64,000 nucleotides of DNA, taken from the NCBI GenBank assembly GCA_018817165.1, contig JAHITY010000124.1:97973-161972 (forward strand), written 5' to 3'. Source of the DNA: Candidatus Omnitrophota bacterium. Its GTDB lineage: Bacteria; Omnitrophota; Gorgyraeia; B26-G9. Of the stretch, positions 40,894-50,401 are shown one piece after another; the stretch's first letter is position 1, and each line of letters opens with the position of its first letter. The translations under genes and the position numbers were made by a program. A model generated the notes under the pieces. The model was not told the origin of the DNA, ran no database searches, and saw only the letters and a program-made list of their open reading frames with translations.

Positions 40894-41290
40894 TAAACCA
40901 CTCGCCAAAAAGCGGCTTGGGTTCATGGCACGGCCATTTAAGAACGAAGAATCTGAAAAGAGGATTTTAGGGAGAAAGATTGCTCCGTCGCTACGCTTGT
41001 CGCAACGAAGATAATTTTGTGCGTTGGTTTCTCCCTATCGGCGTACTTGAACTTCCTGCCATGAACCAAAGCGAAGCTTGGTACATGGCAAGCGGAAGGA
41101 AAAGGAATATTAAGGGAAAACCATAAGGGTTGTCCCTTAAGGAGTGCGCACCTGAGCACGGCGCTGTTTTACAAGCGTTAGCGGAGGGTGCAAACGACAG
41201 ATTGGAGTTCTGTACCGCCCACCATAAACCACTCGCCAAAAAGCGGCTTGGGTTCATGGCACGGTCATTGAAGGAACGAAGAATCTGAAA
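40866..41290 (+). repeat. ~93 bp direct repeat of tRNA-Val 3' end plus trailer
   Basis: 40866-40958 repeated at 41197-41290 with few differences. Confidence 0.92.
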
Positions 41291-41344
41291 GTAAAACAAA
41301 AACTGGGATTGTTAACTCGTTAACGCGTTAACTGTATAATTTTT

Positions 41345-43081
41345 ATGGTTGATTTATCTACATTAAGACATAGTTGTTCGCATATCATGGCGCAGGCTGT
41401 AACTGAGTTGTTTCCTGAGGTTAAAGTGGCGATCGGTCCTTCGATTGAGGACGGGTTTTATTATGATTTTGAAAAACCTGAGCCGTTTAATCCTGAGGAT
41501 CTGCTGAAAATTGAAAAAGTAATGAAGCATATTATCAAGCAGAATCAGCTGTTTACCAGTGAACAATGGACTAAACAGCAGGCGATCGACTATTTTACGC
41601 AGCACAAAGAAACTTATAAGCTGGAATTGATCGAGGCAATTGCTGATGATCATGTGACTGTCTATAAAACCGGAGATAAGTTTTTAGATCTTTGCCGCGG
41701 ACCGCATATTGGTTCAACCGGAGAGATTAAAGCATTTAAATTATTATCGATTGCCGGGGCTTACTGGCGGGGTGATGAAAAAAACCCCATGCTTCAGAGA
41801 ATTTACGGCACTTGTTTTGAAACTAAAGAATTACTTGATGAATATTTGACCAGACTGGAAGAAGCCAAGAAGAGAGATCATCGAAAACTTGGCACAGAGC
41901 TGGAGCTGTTTGAAATGTCTGATGAAATGGGCGCGGGATTGGTATTGTATCATCCTAAAGGCACGGTATTGCGCGGGATACTTGAAGATTATGAAAAAGC
42001 TGAGCATCGTAAACGGGGTTATCACCAGATAATCGGCCCGATGATCATGAAGTCTGATATTTGGATAAAATCCGGACATTATGATTACTATAAAGAGAAT
42101 ATGTATATTTTCTCAGTAGAAGGCAAAGAATTCGCGATAAAGCCGATGAATTGTCCTGGACATATCATGGTTTATAAATCTAAGAAACGCAGTTACCGTG
42201 AATTGCCATTACGTTTATTTGAACTAGGCACTGTGCACAGACATGAAAAATCCGGAGTATTGCATGGATTATTAAGAGTTCGCGGTTTTACTCAGGATGA
42301 CGCGCATTTATTTTGTACAGCGGATAATCTGAAATCGGAAATTAAAGATATTATTGATTTTGTTATTGATACGATGAAGGTATTTGGTTTTAAAGAATGG
42401 CATATTGAACTGAGTACTCGTCCGGAAAAAAGCATTGGAACTGATGCTGATTGGCAGCAGGCAACTGAGGCTTTAGCTGAATCGTTGAAAGAAAAAGAAT
42501 TAAAGTTTGATATCAATGAAGGTGACGGAGCTTTTTACGGACCAAAGATCGATATTAAATTAAAAGACGCGATCGGTAGGCAATGGCAGTGCGCGACAAT
42601 TCAATGTGATTTTGCTCTGCCGGAGCGGTTTGATTTAAAATATGACGCGGCTGATGGTACTCAGAAAAGGCCGATCATGCTGCACCGCGTATTATTGGGC
42701 AGCTTGGAAAGATTCTTTGGCTGTTTGATCGAACAGTATGCCGGGGCTTTTCCGGTATGGTTGGCACCAGTGCAGTTAAAAGTTGTTCCGATTTCGGAAA
42801 AACAGCATGATTACGCGCAAGCGGTATATCAGAAATTATTTGATTTAGGGATTAGATGTGAAGCTGATAGGCGTAATGAAAAAGTCGGCTATAAAATTCG
42901 CGACGCGGTAAAGCAAAAAGTTCCTTATATTTTGGTTGTGGGGGATAATGAGATTGCTAATCAAACTGTGGCTGTGCGCTATGAACGCGGCGCGGAAAAA
43001 GGCCAGACAGTCAATGATGTTAAATTAGAGGATTTTATTAAGACTATTAACGAAAAGATCGAATCACGAATAGTAGAATAA
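41345..43081 (+). CDS. thrS: Threonine-tRNA ligase (short form lacking N-terminal TGS domain)
   Basis: RHSCSH, DLCRGPH, KPMNCP, RVRGFTQDDAH, GAFYGPKID. Confidence 0.97.
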   Translation: MVDLSTLRHSCSHIMAQAVTELFPEVKVAIGPSIEDGFYYDFEKPEPFNPEDLLKIEKVMKHIIKQNQLFTSEQWTKQQAIDYFTQHKETYKLELIEAIADDHVTVYKTGDKFLDLCRGPHIGSTGEIKAFKLLSIAGAYWRGDEKNPMLQRIYGTCFETKELLDEYLTRLEEAKKRDHRKLGTELELFEMSDEMGAGLVLYHPKGTVLRGILEDYEKAEHRKRGYHQIIGPMIMKSDIWIKSGHYDYYKENMYIFSVEGKEFAIKPMNCPGHIMVYKSKKRSYRELPLRLFELGTVHRHEKSGVLHGLLRVRGFTQDDAHLFCTADNLKSEIKDIIDFVIDTMKVFGFKEWHIELSTRPEKSIGTDADWQQATEALAESLKEKELKFDINEGDGAFYGPKIDIKLKDAIGRQWQCATIQCDFALPERFDLKYDAADGTQKRPIMLHRVLLGSLERFFGCLIEQYAGAFPVWLAPVQLKVVPISEKQHDYAQAVYQKLFDLGIRCEADRRNEKVGYKIRDAVKQKVPYILVVGDNEIANQTVAVRYERGAEKGQTVNDVKLEDFIKTINEKIESRIVE

Positions 43082-43103
43082 CTAATGAAAGGAAGGTGGG
43101 AAT

Positions 43104-43610
43104 ATTTCGAAGTTTGTAAAAGTGAATGAGCAAATCAGAGCCAAAGAAGTAAGGTTAGTCGGAGCTGAAGGGGAGCAAATAGGGATAGTATCGATATTTG
43201 ATGCAATGAGCAAAGCCAAAGCCGTGGAGCTCGATTTGGTGGAAGTAGCTCCGGATTCAACTCCTCCGGTTTGTCGGATCATGGATTACACTAAATTCCG
43301 CTATGATCAGAAGAAACAGCAGCGGGAGGCTAAGAAAAAGCAAAAGGTTGTTCAGACTAAGGAAATTAGACTTAAGCCGAAAATCGGAGAACATGATTAT
43401 CAGGTAAAAGTAAAAGCCTTAAAGAAATTCCTTGAGCATCATGACAAGGTTAGAGTAAGAATGACTTATCGGGGCAGAGAAATGGCGCACATGGAATTTG
43501 GCCAGAAGATATTAGACCGGATTGTTCTGGATGCCGCGGAATTTGGAGATTTAGAACGCGCTCCTGTCAGAGAAGGTCGTAATGTTATATTGACATTTAA
43601 GCCGAAATAA
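43104..43610 (+). CDS. infC: Translation initiation factor IF-3 (probable AUU start)
   Basis: NEQIRAKEVRL, PPVCRIMDY, GREMAH; in-frame ATT at 43104 downstream of GGAAGGTG. Confidence 0.95.
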   Translation: MSKFVKVNEQIRAKEVRLVGAEGEQIGIVSIFDAMSKAKAVELDLVEVAPDSTPPVCRIMDYTKFRYDQKKQQREAKKKQKVVQTKEIRLKPKIGEHDYQVKVKALKKFLEHHDKVRVRMTYRGREMAHMEFGQKILDRIVLDAAEFGDLERAPVREGRNVILTFKPK

Positions 43611-43637
43611 TTAGGCGTAAAAAGGAAGAGGAAAGCA

Positions 43638-43841
43638 ATGCCGAAGATGAAATTAAAGACTAAAAAAGGGGTAAAAAAGCGTTTTAGTTTTACTAAGAAA
43701 AATAAAGTAAAACATGATAAGGCGAATAAAGGTCATTTGAAATCAGCGAACAACGCAAAGAATACGAGAAATACCCGTAGAACTGGCGTGGTATCAAAAT
43801 CTGAAACAAAAATGATCAAGACTTTAATGCCGTACAATTAA
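43638..43841 (+). CDS. rpmI: 50S ribosomal protein L35
   Basis: MPKMKLKTKKGVKKRF...LMPY, operon context. Confidence 0.95.
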   Translation: MPKMKLKTKKGVKKRFSFTKKNKVKHDKANKGHLKSANNAKNTRNTRRTGVVSKSETKMIKTLMPYN

Positions 43842-43851
43842 ATTTTTTTTA

Positions 43852-43962
43852 CTTGAGTATATGCAGCAAGACGCCTTAGTCGGGTTCTTTTTGATAAAAG
43901 TTCTCTGGCAAGGTCCACAAGTTCGCAACAAATATACTCAGGACTGTTCTGCTGTGCAGAAC
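43852..43962 (+). promoter_or_regulatory. Structured RNA between rpmI and rplT (candidate L20 leader)
   Basis: 11-bp closing stem cttgagtatat/atatactcagg around inner stems; gttctgc/gcagaac hairpin next to the rplT RBS. Confidence 0.5.
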
Positions 43963-43981
43963 GCATAAGGAGGTAAATAAA

Positions 43982-44335
43982 ATGCCAAGAGTAAGAAGGT
44001 CACCAGCTACAAAAAAGAGAAAGAAAAAGATTATAAAAGCCGTTAAAGGCGCGTTTGGTCTGCGGAAAAATGTTTATCGCAGAGCAAAGGAAACTATCCA
44101 AAGAGCTTTACAGTTTGCTCAACGTGACCGTAAAACTCGCAAACGTGAGTTCAGACAGCTTTGGACCGTCAGAATTAATGCCGCTGTACGCGAACAGGAT
44201 ATGTCTTATAGCCGTTTTATTGGCGCTTTGAAAAAAGCCAATGTGCTTGTAGATAGAAAAATGATGGCTGAGCTGGCAGTTAATGATAAGCCGGCATTTG
44301 CCGCTTTGGTTAATGTGGCCAAATCAGTAAAGTAA
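43982..44335 (+). CDS. rplT: 50S ribosomal protein L20
   Basis: MPRV, RDRK..KREFRQLWTVRINAA, SYSRFI. Confidence 0.97.
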   Translation: MPRVRRSPATKKRKKKIIKAVKGAFGLRKNVYRRAKETIQRALQFAQRDRKTRKREFRQLWTVRINAAVREQDMSYSRFIGALKKANVLVDRKMMAELAVNDKPAFAALVNVAKSVK

Positions 44336-44375
44336 TATCTTTTAGACGATTAACTTTTTAACCAAAAAGACTAAC

Positions 44376-45410
44376 ATGGATGATAAACTAAAAGCTATAG
44401 AGCAGGAATTCAAACAGGCGATTAGTAATGCTGATTCTCAGGAAATCCTTGAGAATATCCGGATTAGGTTTTTAGGCAGAAAAGAAGGACTGGTAACAAA
44501 TATTTTTAAACAGCTGGGAACAGTTTCCCCTGAGCAAAAACCTTTGTACGGTCAGAAAATTAATCAGTTAAAAGACCTGGTAACTCAGGAAATAGACAAT
44601 AAAGCCAAACAAATTGAAGGGCAGATCGCCAAGGGAGTCAGCCAAAAAGCAAGTAAAGGTTTTGATATAACCTTACCGGCTTTTAAGCAGACAATTGCCA
44701 AGGCACATCCTCTGACATTAGTCAGGGATGAGATCTGCTCTTTGTTTATTGAAATGGGTTTTAATATAGTCGAAGGTCCGGAGATCGAGACTGAATACTA
44801 TAATTTTGAAGCTTTGAACATTCCTTTAGAACATCCATCAAGAGAATCTTTTGATACATTCTATTTGGATAAAAAGCATTTACTGCGCAGTCATACATCA
44901 CCCGTCCAGATCCGCTACATGGAAAACAAACAACCGCCGATCCAGATCATTGTTCCCGGCAAAGTATATCGCCCGGATGCTACTGATGCCACGCATTCAT
45001 TTATGTTTCATCAGTTGGAAGGCTTATTAATTGATAAAAACATCACTTTAGCCCATCTTAAAGGGGTTTTAAGCGTATTTGCTAAAAAATTGTTTGGAGC
45101 AAAGACCAAAACCAGATTTCGTCCGCACTTTTTTCCGTTTACTGAGCCATCCGCGGAAATGGATGTAAGCTGCATTATCTGCGGCGGCAAAGGCTGCAGA
45201 GTCTGTAAACACAATGGCTGGATTGAAATCTTGGGCTCGGGCATGGTGCATCCTAAGGTTTTAAAAGCGGGAAATATAGACAGTAAAAAATTCTCGGGTT
45301 TCGCGTTCGGCATGGGCATTGAAAGAATTGCCATGCTTAAATACGGGATTGATGATATTAGATTATTTTATGAAAATGATTTAAGATTTGTCAAACAGTT
45401 CAGCTGTTAA
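44376..45410 (+). CDS. pheS: Phenylalanine-tRNA ligase alpha subunit
   Basis: HPL, LRSHTSPVQ, FPFTEPS, GFAFGMGIER. Confidence 0.97.
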   Translation: MDDKLKAIEQEFKQAISNADSQEILENIRIRFLGRKEGLVTNIFKQLGTVSPEQKPLYGQKINQLKDLVTQEIDNKAKQIEGQIAKGVSQKASKGFDITLPAFKQTIAKAHPLTLVRDEICSLFIEMGFNIVEGPEIETEYYNFEALNIPLEHPSRESFDTFYLDKKHLLRSHTSPVQIRYMENKQPPIQIIVPGKVYRPDATDATHSFMFHQLEGLLIDKNITLAHLKGVLSVFAKKLFGAKTKTRFRPHFFPFTEPSAEMDVSCIICGGKGCRVCKHNGWIEILGSGMVHPKVLKAGNIDSKKFSGFAFGMGIERIAMLKYGIDDIRLFYENDLRFVKQFSC

Positions 45411-45438
45411 CAATCAACATAAAAAAAGAAAAGTGAAT

Positions 45439-47496
45439 ATGAAAGTATCCTTAACTTGGCTTGAACAATATATAGACATTAAGATTCCGATTAAAACATT
45501 GGTGGATAAATTAACTGATGCAGGGTTGGAAGTCGGAGCAGTGGAAAAAGTCAATAATGACACTGTTTTTGAGATCGAGATCACGTCTAATCGTCCGGAT
45601 TGGCTGAGCTTGCTGGGCATTGCCCGGGAAGTTGCCGCGGTTACTGGTACAAGGAAAATAATTCAGCCAGACGCATTACCTCAGATGAATAAATCAAGCA
45701 AACAAAAAAAATCTTATTCGATTGAAATCCAGGATAAAGCAGCTTGTCCGAGATATGTCGGTAGGTTGATCCGCGATGTGCAGATCGCTCCATCCCAAGA
45801 AAACATTAAAACTTATTTAGAGAATATTGGCTCAAGACTGATCAATAATGCGGCGGATATTACTAATTACTGCTTGTATGAAACCGGTCAGCCGATGCAT
45901 GTATTTGATTTTGATAAAATCAAAGGCGCAAAGATCATTGTCCGCCGAGCAAAAAAGGGCGAGACGATTACGACAATCGATGGGGTTAACCGCAAGCTAG
46001 ATGAATCTATCTTAGTTATTGCGGATGCTGAAAAACCGATTGCTATTGCCGGGATCATGGGTGGACTTGATACTGAAGTAACTGATTTCACAAAAAATAT
46101 TTTGCTTGAATCGGCTTATTTTGATCCAGTGACTATTCGCCGCGGTTCAAGAAAGCTGGGATTATCCACAGAGTCTAATTATCGTTTTGAACGCAAAGTC
46201 GATACTGGTAATATTGTGTTTGCATCATGCCGAGCCGCATACTTATTGCAGGATATTTGTAAAGGCAAGGTAGAAAGCTTTTATTTGGATGTGAATTATT
46301 TAAAAGATAAAGTTAGAAAAGTTGATATTCAGGTAGAGCATGTGGAAAGACTCATTGGCATAAAAGTTTCAACTTCTAAAATTAAAAGCATACTCCTGCC
46401 TTTAGGGTTTAAAGTTGCTAATGCTAAAAAGAAAAACACTTTGACTGTGACTGTTCCTAGCTTTAGAACCGATGTAAGCATCGAAGAAGACCTGATCGAG
46501 GAAATAGCCAGGGTAGAAGGGTTTAGCAGCATAATAGAGTCATTGCCGCCGATTCAGGCGCATATCAACAGCGCCTGCACTGATCAATATATGGCAAAAA
46601 CCAAGATCAGTAATCTTTTGCTCGGACAGGGAATCAATGAGATCATTACCTTGACCTTGATGAGCACAAAAAACTTGGATGATGCGTTTATCCCTGCTGA
46701 TAAAAGGGTAATATTGATCAATCCTTTGAGCATTGAGCAGGAAGCATTAAGAACCTCGCTGTTGCCATCAACCCTTAAAGTGATCAATACTAATCTTAAC
46801 CGCAAGGTCAAAGATCTAAAAGTATTTGAAATCGGCAATATTTATGAAAAAGCTACTAATAAATTCCTGGAAACAGAATCAGTTGCCATAGCTCTTACCG
46901 GCAATGCTTATCAAAACTGGAAAGACCATAACCGCAAAGTCAGTTTTTATGATTTAAAAGGGATTGTGGAAAATGTTTTAGATAGTTTTGGTGTGGATGG
47001 TAATTGTAAATTGGAAGCCAAAGTATTGGCTTATTTTGATCCTGAGCAATCAGCGGTTATTACAGTAGATAATAAAGTCATTGCCGAGCTGGGCAAGGTA
47101 AATAAAAAAGTTACTAAAAATTATGATATATCTGAGCCGGTTTATTTTGCTCAGTTAAATATAGCTGATATCGTATCACTGCAAAGAACCGCTTTTCGCT
47201 ACAACTCAGTACCAAAATATCCTTCGGTAAACCGAGATATTGCTCTGGTAGTTGATAAGCTTATTTCCGCACAGTCTGCCTTGGATATTATCAAACAAGT
47301 CGCAGGCGCTCTTGCCGTAAAAATCGAACTCTTTGATCTGTATACAGGCGATCAAGTGCCTGATAATAAGAAGAGTCTTGCATTTTCTATTGAATACCAA
47401 AGCAGTACCGCTACACTTACTGAGGAAGAAGTATCTAAAGTACATAATAATGTACAGGATGCGCTTCTGAGTAAGTTGGGCGCGAGTCTTAGGTAA
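45439..47496 (+). CDS. pheT: Phenylalanine-tRNA ligase beta subunit (short form)
   Basis: MKVSLTWL, ITSNRPD, GQPMHVFD, EEDLIEEIAR, C-terminal FDX-ACB. Confidence 0.95.
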   Translation: MKVSLTWLEQYIDIKIPIKTLVDKLTDAGLEVGAVEKVNNDTVFEIEITSNRPDWLSLLGIAREVAAVTGTRKIIQPDALPQMNKSSKQKKSYSIEIQDKAACPRYVGRLIRDVQIAPSQENIKTYLENIGSRLINNAADITNYCLYETGQPMHVFDFDKIKGAKIIVRRAKKGETITTIDGVNRKLDESILVIADAEKPIAIAGIMGGLDTEVTDFTKNILLESAYFDPVTIRRGSRKLGLSTESNYRFERKVDTGNIVFASCRAAYLLQDICKGKVESFYLDVNYLKDKVRKVDIQVEHVERLIGIKVSTSKIKSILLPLGFKVANAKKKNTLTVTVPSFRTDVSIEEDLIEEIARVEGFSSIIESLPPIQAHINSACTDQYMAKTKISNLLLGQGINEIITLTLMSTKNLDDAFIPADKRVILINPLSIEQEALRTSLLPSTLKVINTNLNRKVKDLKVFEIGNIYEKATNKFLETESVAIALTGNAYQNWKDHNRKVSFYDLKGIVENVLDSFGVDGNCKLEAKVLAYFDPEQSAVITVDNKVIAELGKVNKKVTKNYDISEPVYFAQLNIADIVSLQRTAFRYNSVPKYPSVNRDIALVVDKLISAQSALDIIKQVAGALAVKIELFDLYTGDQVPDNKKSLAFSIEYQSSTATLTEEEVSKVHNNVQDALLSKLGASLR

Positions 47497-47547
47497 GTAA
47501 AGTCACAAAGACACCAGGACACAAGGTCACAAGAACGAAAAAAATAC

Positions 47548-47645
47548 GTAGGGGCCGGCCTTGCGTCGGCCTGATAATAATCATAAATAAACCTGTAGGG
47601 ACAGCCCCGACGAAGGAGGGGTGCGAAGCAGGCACTGCCCTGTCC
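47548..47645 (+). repeat. Two GTAG-family REPs
   Basis: GTAGGGGCCGGCCTTGCGTCGGCC at 47548; GTAGGGACAG...GGCACTGCCCTGTCC at 47595-47645 with an inserted hairpin. Confidence 0.75.
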
Positions 47646-47769
47646 TATAATAAAAATACAAAATGCCGCAATCCAATGCGGGTTTGGAAAAACATGTTGG
47701 CTGTTGGCTTATAGCTAATAGTAAAAAATATAAACAATCGGGTTAATTTCTAATGAAGGATTTTTTGTT

Positions 47770-48300
47770 ATGGCAAAACAAAGATCAATTGTAAAAATTA
47801 GTAAGATTGAACAGCGTATTTTATTAATGCGTGGTGAGAAAGTGATGATAGATGCGGATCTTGCTGAATTTTACGGGGTGTCGACTAAACGCTTGAATGA
47901 ACAGATAAAACGCAATATTAAGCGTTTCCCTGAAGATTTTATTTTTCAGTTAACAGAAAATGAGAAAGCCGAGGTGGTCGCAAATTGCGACCACCTTTTA
48001 AATTTGAAATATTCAAAGTCATTGCCCTATGCTTTTACCGAACATGGAGCGATTATGGCTGCAAGTGTTCTTAATTCAGCCCGCGCTATAGAGGCTAGTA
48101 TTTTCATTGTAAGAGCGTTTGTTCAGCTTAGAGAAGCAATTGCTTCAAATAAAGAAATCGCCTTAAAAGTAGCCCAGCTTGAGCGAAAACTTGCCGACCA
48201 TGACGGACAAATCTTGGCATTAGTAGAAGCGATAAAGGAATTTTTGGTTTTTAAGCCTGTGCCGAAAAAAAGACAAATAGGGTTTAATCCGGATGAATGA
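47770..48300 (+). CDS. ORF6N domain DNA-binding protein
   Basis: RGEKVMIDADLAEFYGV..KRLNEQIKRN..RFPEDFIFQL, PYAFTEHG, RQIGF. Confidence 0.92.
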   Translation: MAKQRSIVKISKIEQRILLMRGEKVMIDADLAEFYGVSTKRLNEQIKRNIKRFPEDFIFQLTENEKAEVVANCDHLLNLKYSKSLPYAFTEHGAIMAASVLNSARAIEASIFIVRAFVQLREAIASNKEIALKVAQLERKLADHDGQILALVEAIKEFLVFKPVPKKRQIGFNPDE

Positions 48301-48609
48301 TTAGTTGTAGTGTCCTGGCGACTTTGGATAAAGATAGCCAATAGAATGGAAAGTTTATGAAGTGAAATTGTAAAGCTTGTATTGCGTAAAACCGAAGTAC
48401 GAGGGACGACCGCTGCGCTAAGACGATGGACGATTAAGCAAAAAATGCAGAAAAACCGATATTATCAGATCATCTGATTTACTGGTATTACATAGCAAAT
48501 AAGATGTATTTAGACATAATATGGCTGTTTTAGATGCAAAATTTACTAATTATAGTGGGTTTTTTCAGTAAACAAGATGGTCGTATATTAAGTGTTATAA
48601 CAAACAAAA

Positions 48610-49143
48610 ATGCAAAAATTAAAAACCAGAAAATTAAACAGATTTAAAAATTATAATTATTCAACGAATGGATATTATTTTGTAACCATTTGTTCAAATG
48701 ACAGACAAGATATATTCGGTAATTTTACAAATAACGTAGGGGCGCCGCTTGCCTGCGCCCGTATAGAATTATCAAAAATCGGTCAAATAATCAATAACCA
48801 ATGGAATGATATCCCTAATCAATATGATAATGTCGAAATAATCGAATACGTTATCATGCCGAATCATATCCATGGAATAATTAAATTAGGGGCGACCGCC
48901 AGGGTCGCCCCTACAGGATTAGGTAAAATTATTGGTACATTTAAATCAAAATGTTCAACTAAATATTTACGATATATTAAAAATAATGATATTGGTACAT
49001 CCGCGGATATCTGGCAGCGAAACTATTATGACCATGTTATTCGAACGGATTCATCATTAAAACAAATATGTGAATATATTCGCACAAATTTATTTACATG
49101 GTCAACCGATACAAAAAATCCAGAAAATAACAAAAGCACATAA
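48610..49143 (+). mobile_element. REP-associated tyrosine transposase (RAYT/TnpA-REP, Y1 HUH)
   Basis: YFVTIC, MPNHIHGII (HUH), WQRNYYDHVIR...YI; GTAG REPs inside and nearby. Confidence 0.9.
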
Positions 49144-49217
49144 CCATTCGCTCCAGGGTAATCGCTACCCGCCGCCAAATGGCGTCGGTTCGCTCTGACT
49201 AAAATCAAGTGTTATGG
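49138..49217 (+). other. Degenerate attC-like site
   Basis: ACATAAC-cattc-GCTCCAG...internal hairpins...CTGA..TCAAGT-GTTATGG overlapping the RAYT stop codon. Confidence 0.5.
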
Positions 49218-49254
49218 GAATTATAACAGGAATTTTAAATGAAAGGAGAAGATT

Positions 49255-50121
49255 ATGGGACCGATGATGACAGTAATAGCTGGCGTAGTTTTATTTATAT
49301 TTTTTCTGGGGATTCGGATTGTAAGACCTACACACCGGGGGTTAATTGAAAGGTTGGGTAAATACAATCGCTTTGCTAACTACGGATTTAACTGGATTGT
49401 GCCAATTATTGATAATATGTATATGGTTAATGTTACAGAACAAATGGTTGATGCTGATCCACAGGAAATAATTACAAATGATAATCTAAATGCAACTGTT
49501 GATGCTCAAGTTTATTTTAAGGTAAAAGCTGATGAGGAAAGCGTTAAAAGTTCTCAATATCATGTTAATGATTATCAATCACAAATCGTTAATCTTGCTC
49601 GAACAACTTTAAGAAATATAATAGGTACTCTTACTTTGAAGTCTGCTAATAGTGAAAGAGGAAAAATTAATAATGAATTACATAAAACCCTTCGAGAAGA
49701 AACAACTACTTGGGGGATTGAAATTGTCCGCACTGAATTAAAGCAAATCGATCCGCCAAAAGATGTGCAGGAAACAATGAATAAAGTTGTTAAGGCGGAG
49801 AATGAGAAAATTTCGGCTATTGATTATGCAACAGCCAGAGAAACCGTGGCTGACGGAGAGAAAAGAGCAAAGATAAAAGAAGCTGAAGGGGTAAAAAGAG
49901 CCAGGATTCTACAGGCAGAAGGTGAATCGGAAGCTATAAAATTAGTAAATGAAGCTGCAGAGAAATATTTTGTTGGCAATGCTCAAATTTTAAGAAAGAT
50001 TCAGATGGTTGAAACTTCATTAGAAGATAATGCTAAGGTAGTTATTCCCACTGGGACTGACTTAGTTAATGTAGTCGGTGAATTAGCGGGTATATTACCT
50101 CTTAAGACAAAAGAAAAATAA
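49255..50121 (+). CDS. SPFH/band 7 (stomatin-like) protein
   Basis: N-terminal TM, ERLGKY, QEIITNDN, TTLRNIIG, coiled-coil AEG repeats. Confidence 0.93.
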   Translation: MGPMMTVIAGVVLFIFFLGIRIVRPTHRGLIERLGKYNRFANYGFNWIVPIIDNMYMVNVTEQMVDADPQEIITNDNLNATVDAQVYFKVKADEESVKSSQYHVNDYQSQIVNLARTTLRNIIGTLTLKSANSERGKINNELHKTLREETTTWGIEIVRTELKQIDPPKDVQETMNKVVKAENEKISAIDYATARETVADGEKRAKIKEAEGVKRARILQAEGESEAIKLVNEAAEKYFVGNAQILRKIQMVETSLEDNAKVVIPTGTDLVNVVGELAGILPLKTKEK

Positions 50122-50401
50122 ATACATAATAAATCACTTCCCCTTCATAGAACGGCGGGATAAACCCCGAATGAGAAAGTTGTGGGATAAACAGGCAATC
50201 CAAAAAATAGCGATTAGGAGTTAGCGAATAGCGGTATTTTGTTTTTTCAAACGCTTAACGCTATCCGTTAATTTTAGCCTTAGCTTGGGATATGAGAGCT
50301 TATCTGGACATTTCAGCCGAAAAAGAGTAGACTTATTAAGTTGAAATGGCAAAACAGTACTTTCCTTTAACAGCTGCACAAAATCAAAAAATTGGAGCAA
50401 T

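Noticed and set aside
40388-41299. ORFs at 40388, 40938 and 40991
   Set aside because: Overlap tRNAs and palindromic repeats; no coding signature
40959-41344. T-box leader upstream of thrS
   Set aside because: No AGGGTGGNACCGCG T-box motif; the region is explained by the tRNA duplication and repeats
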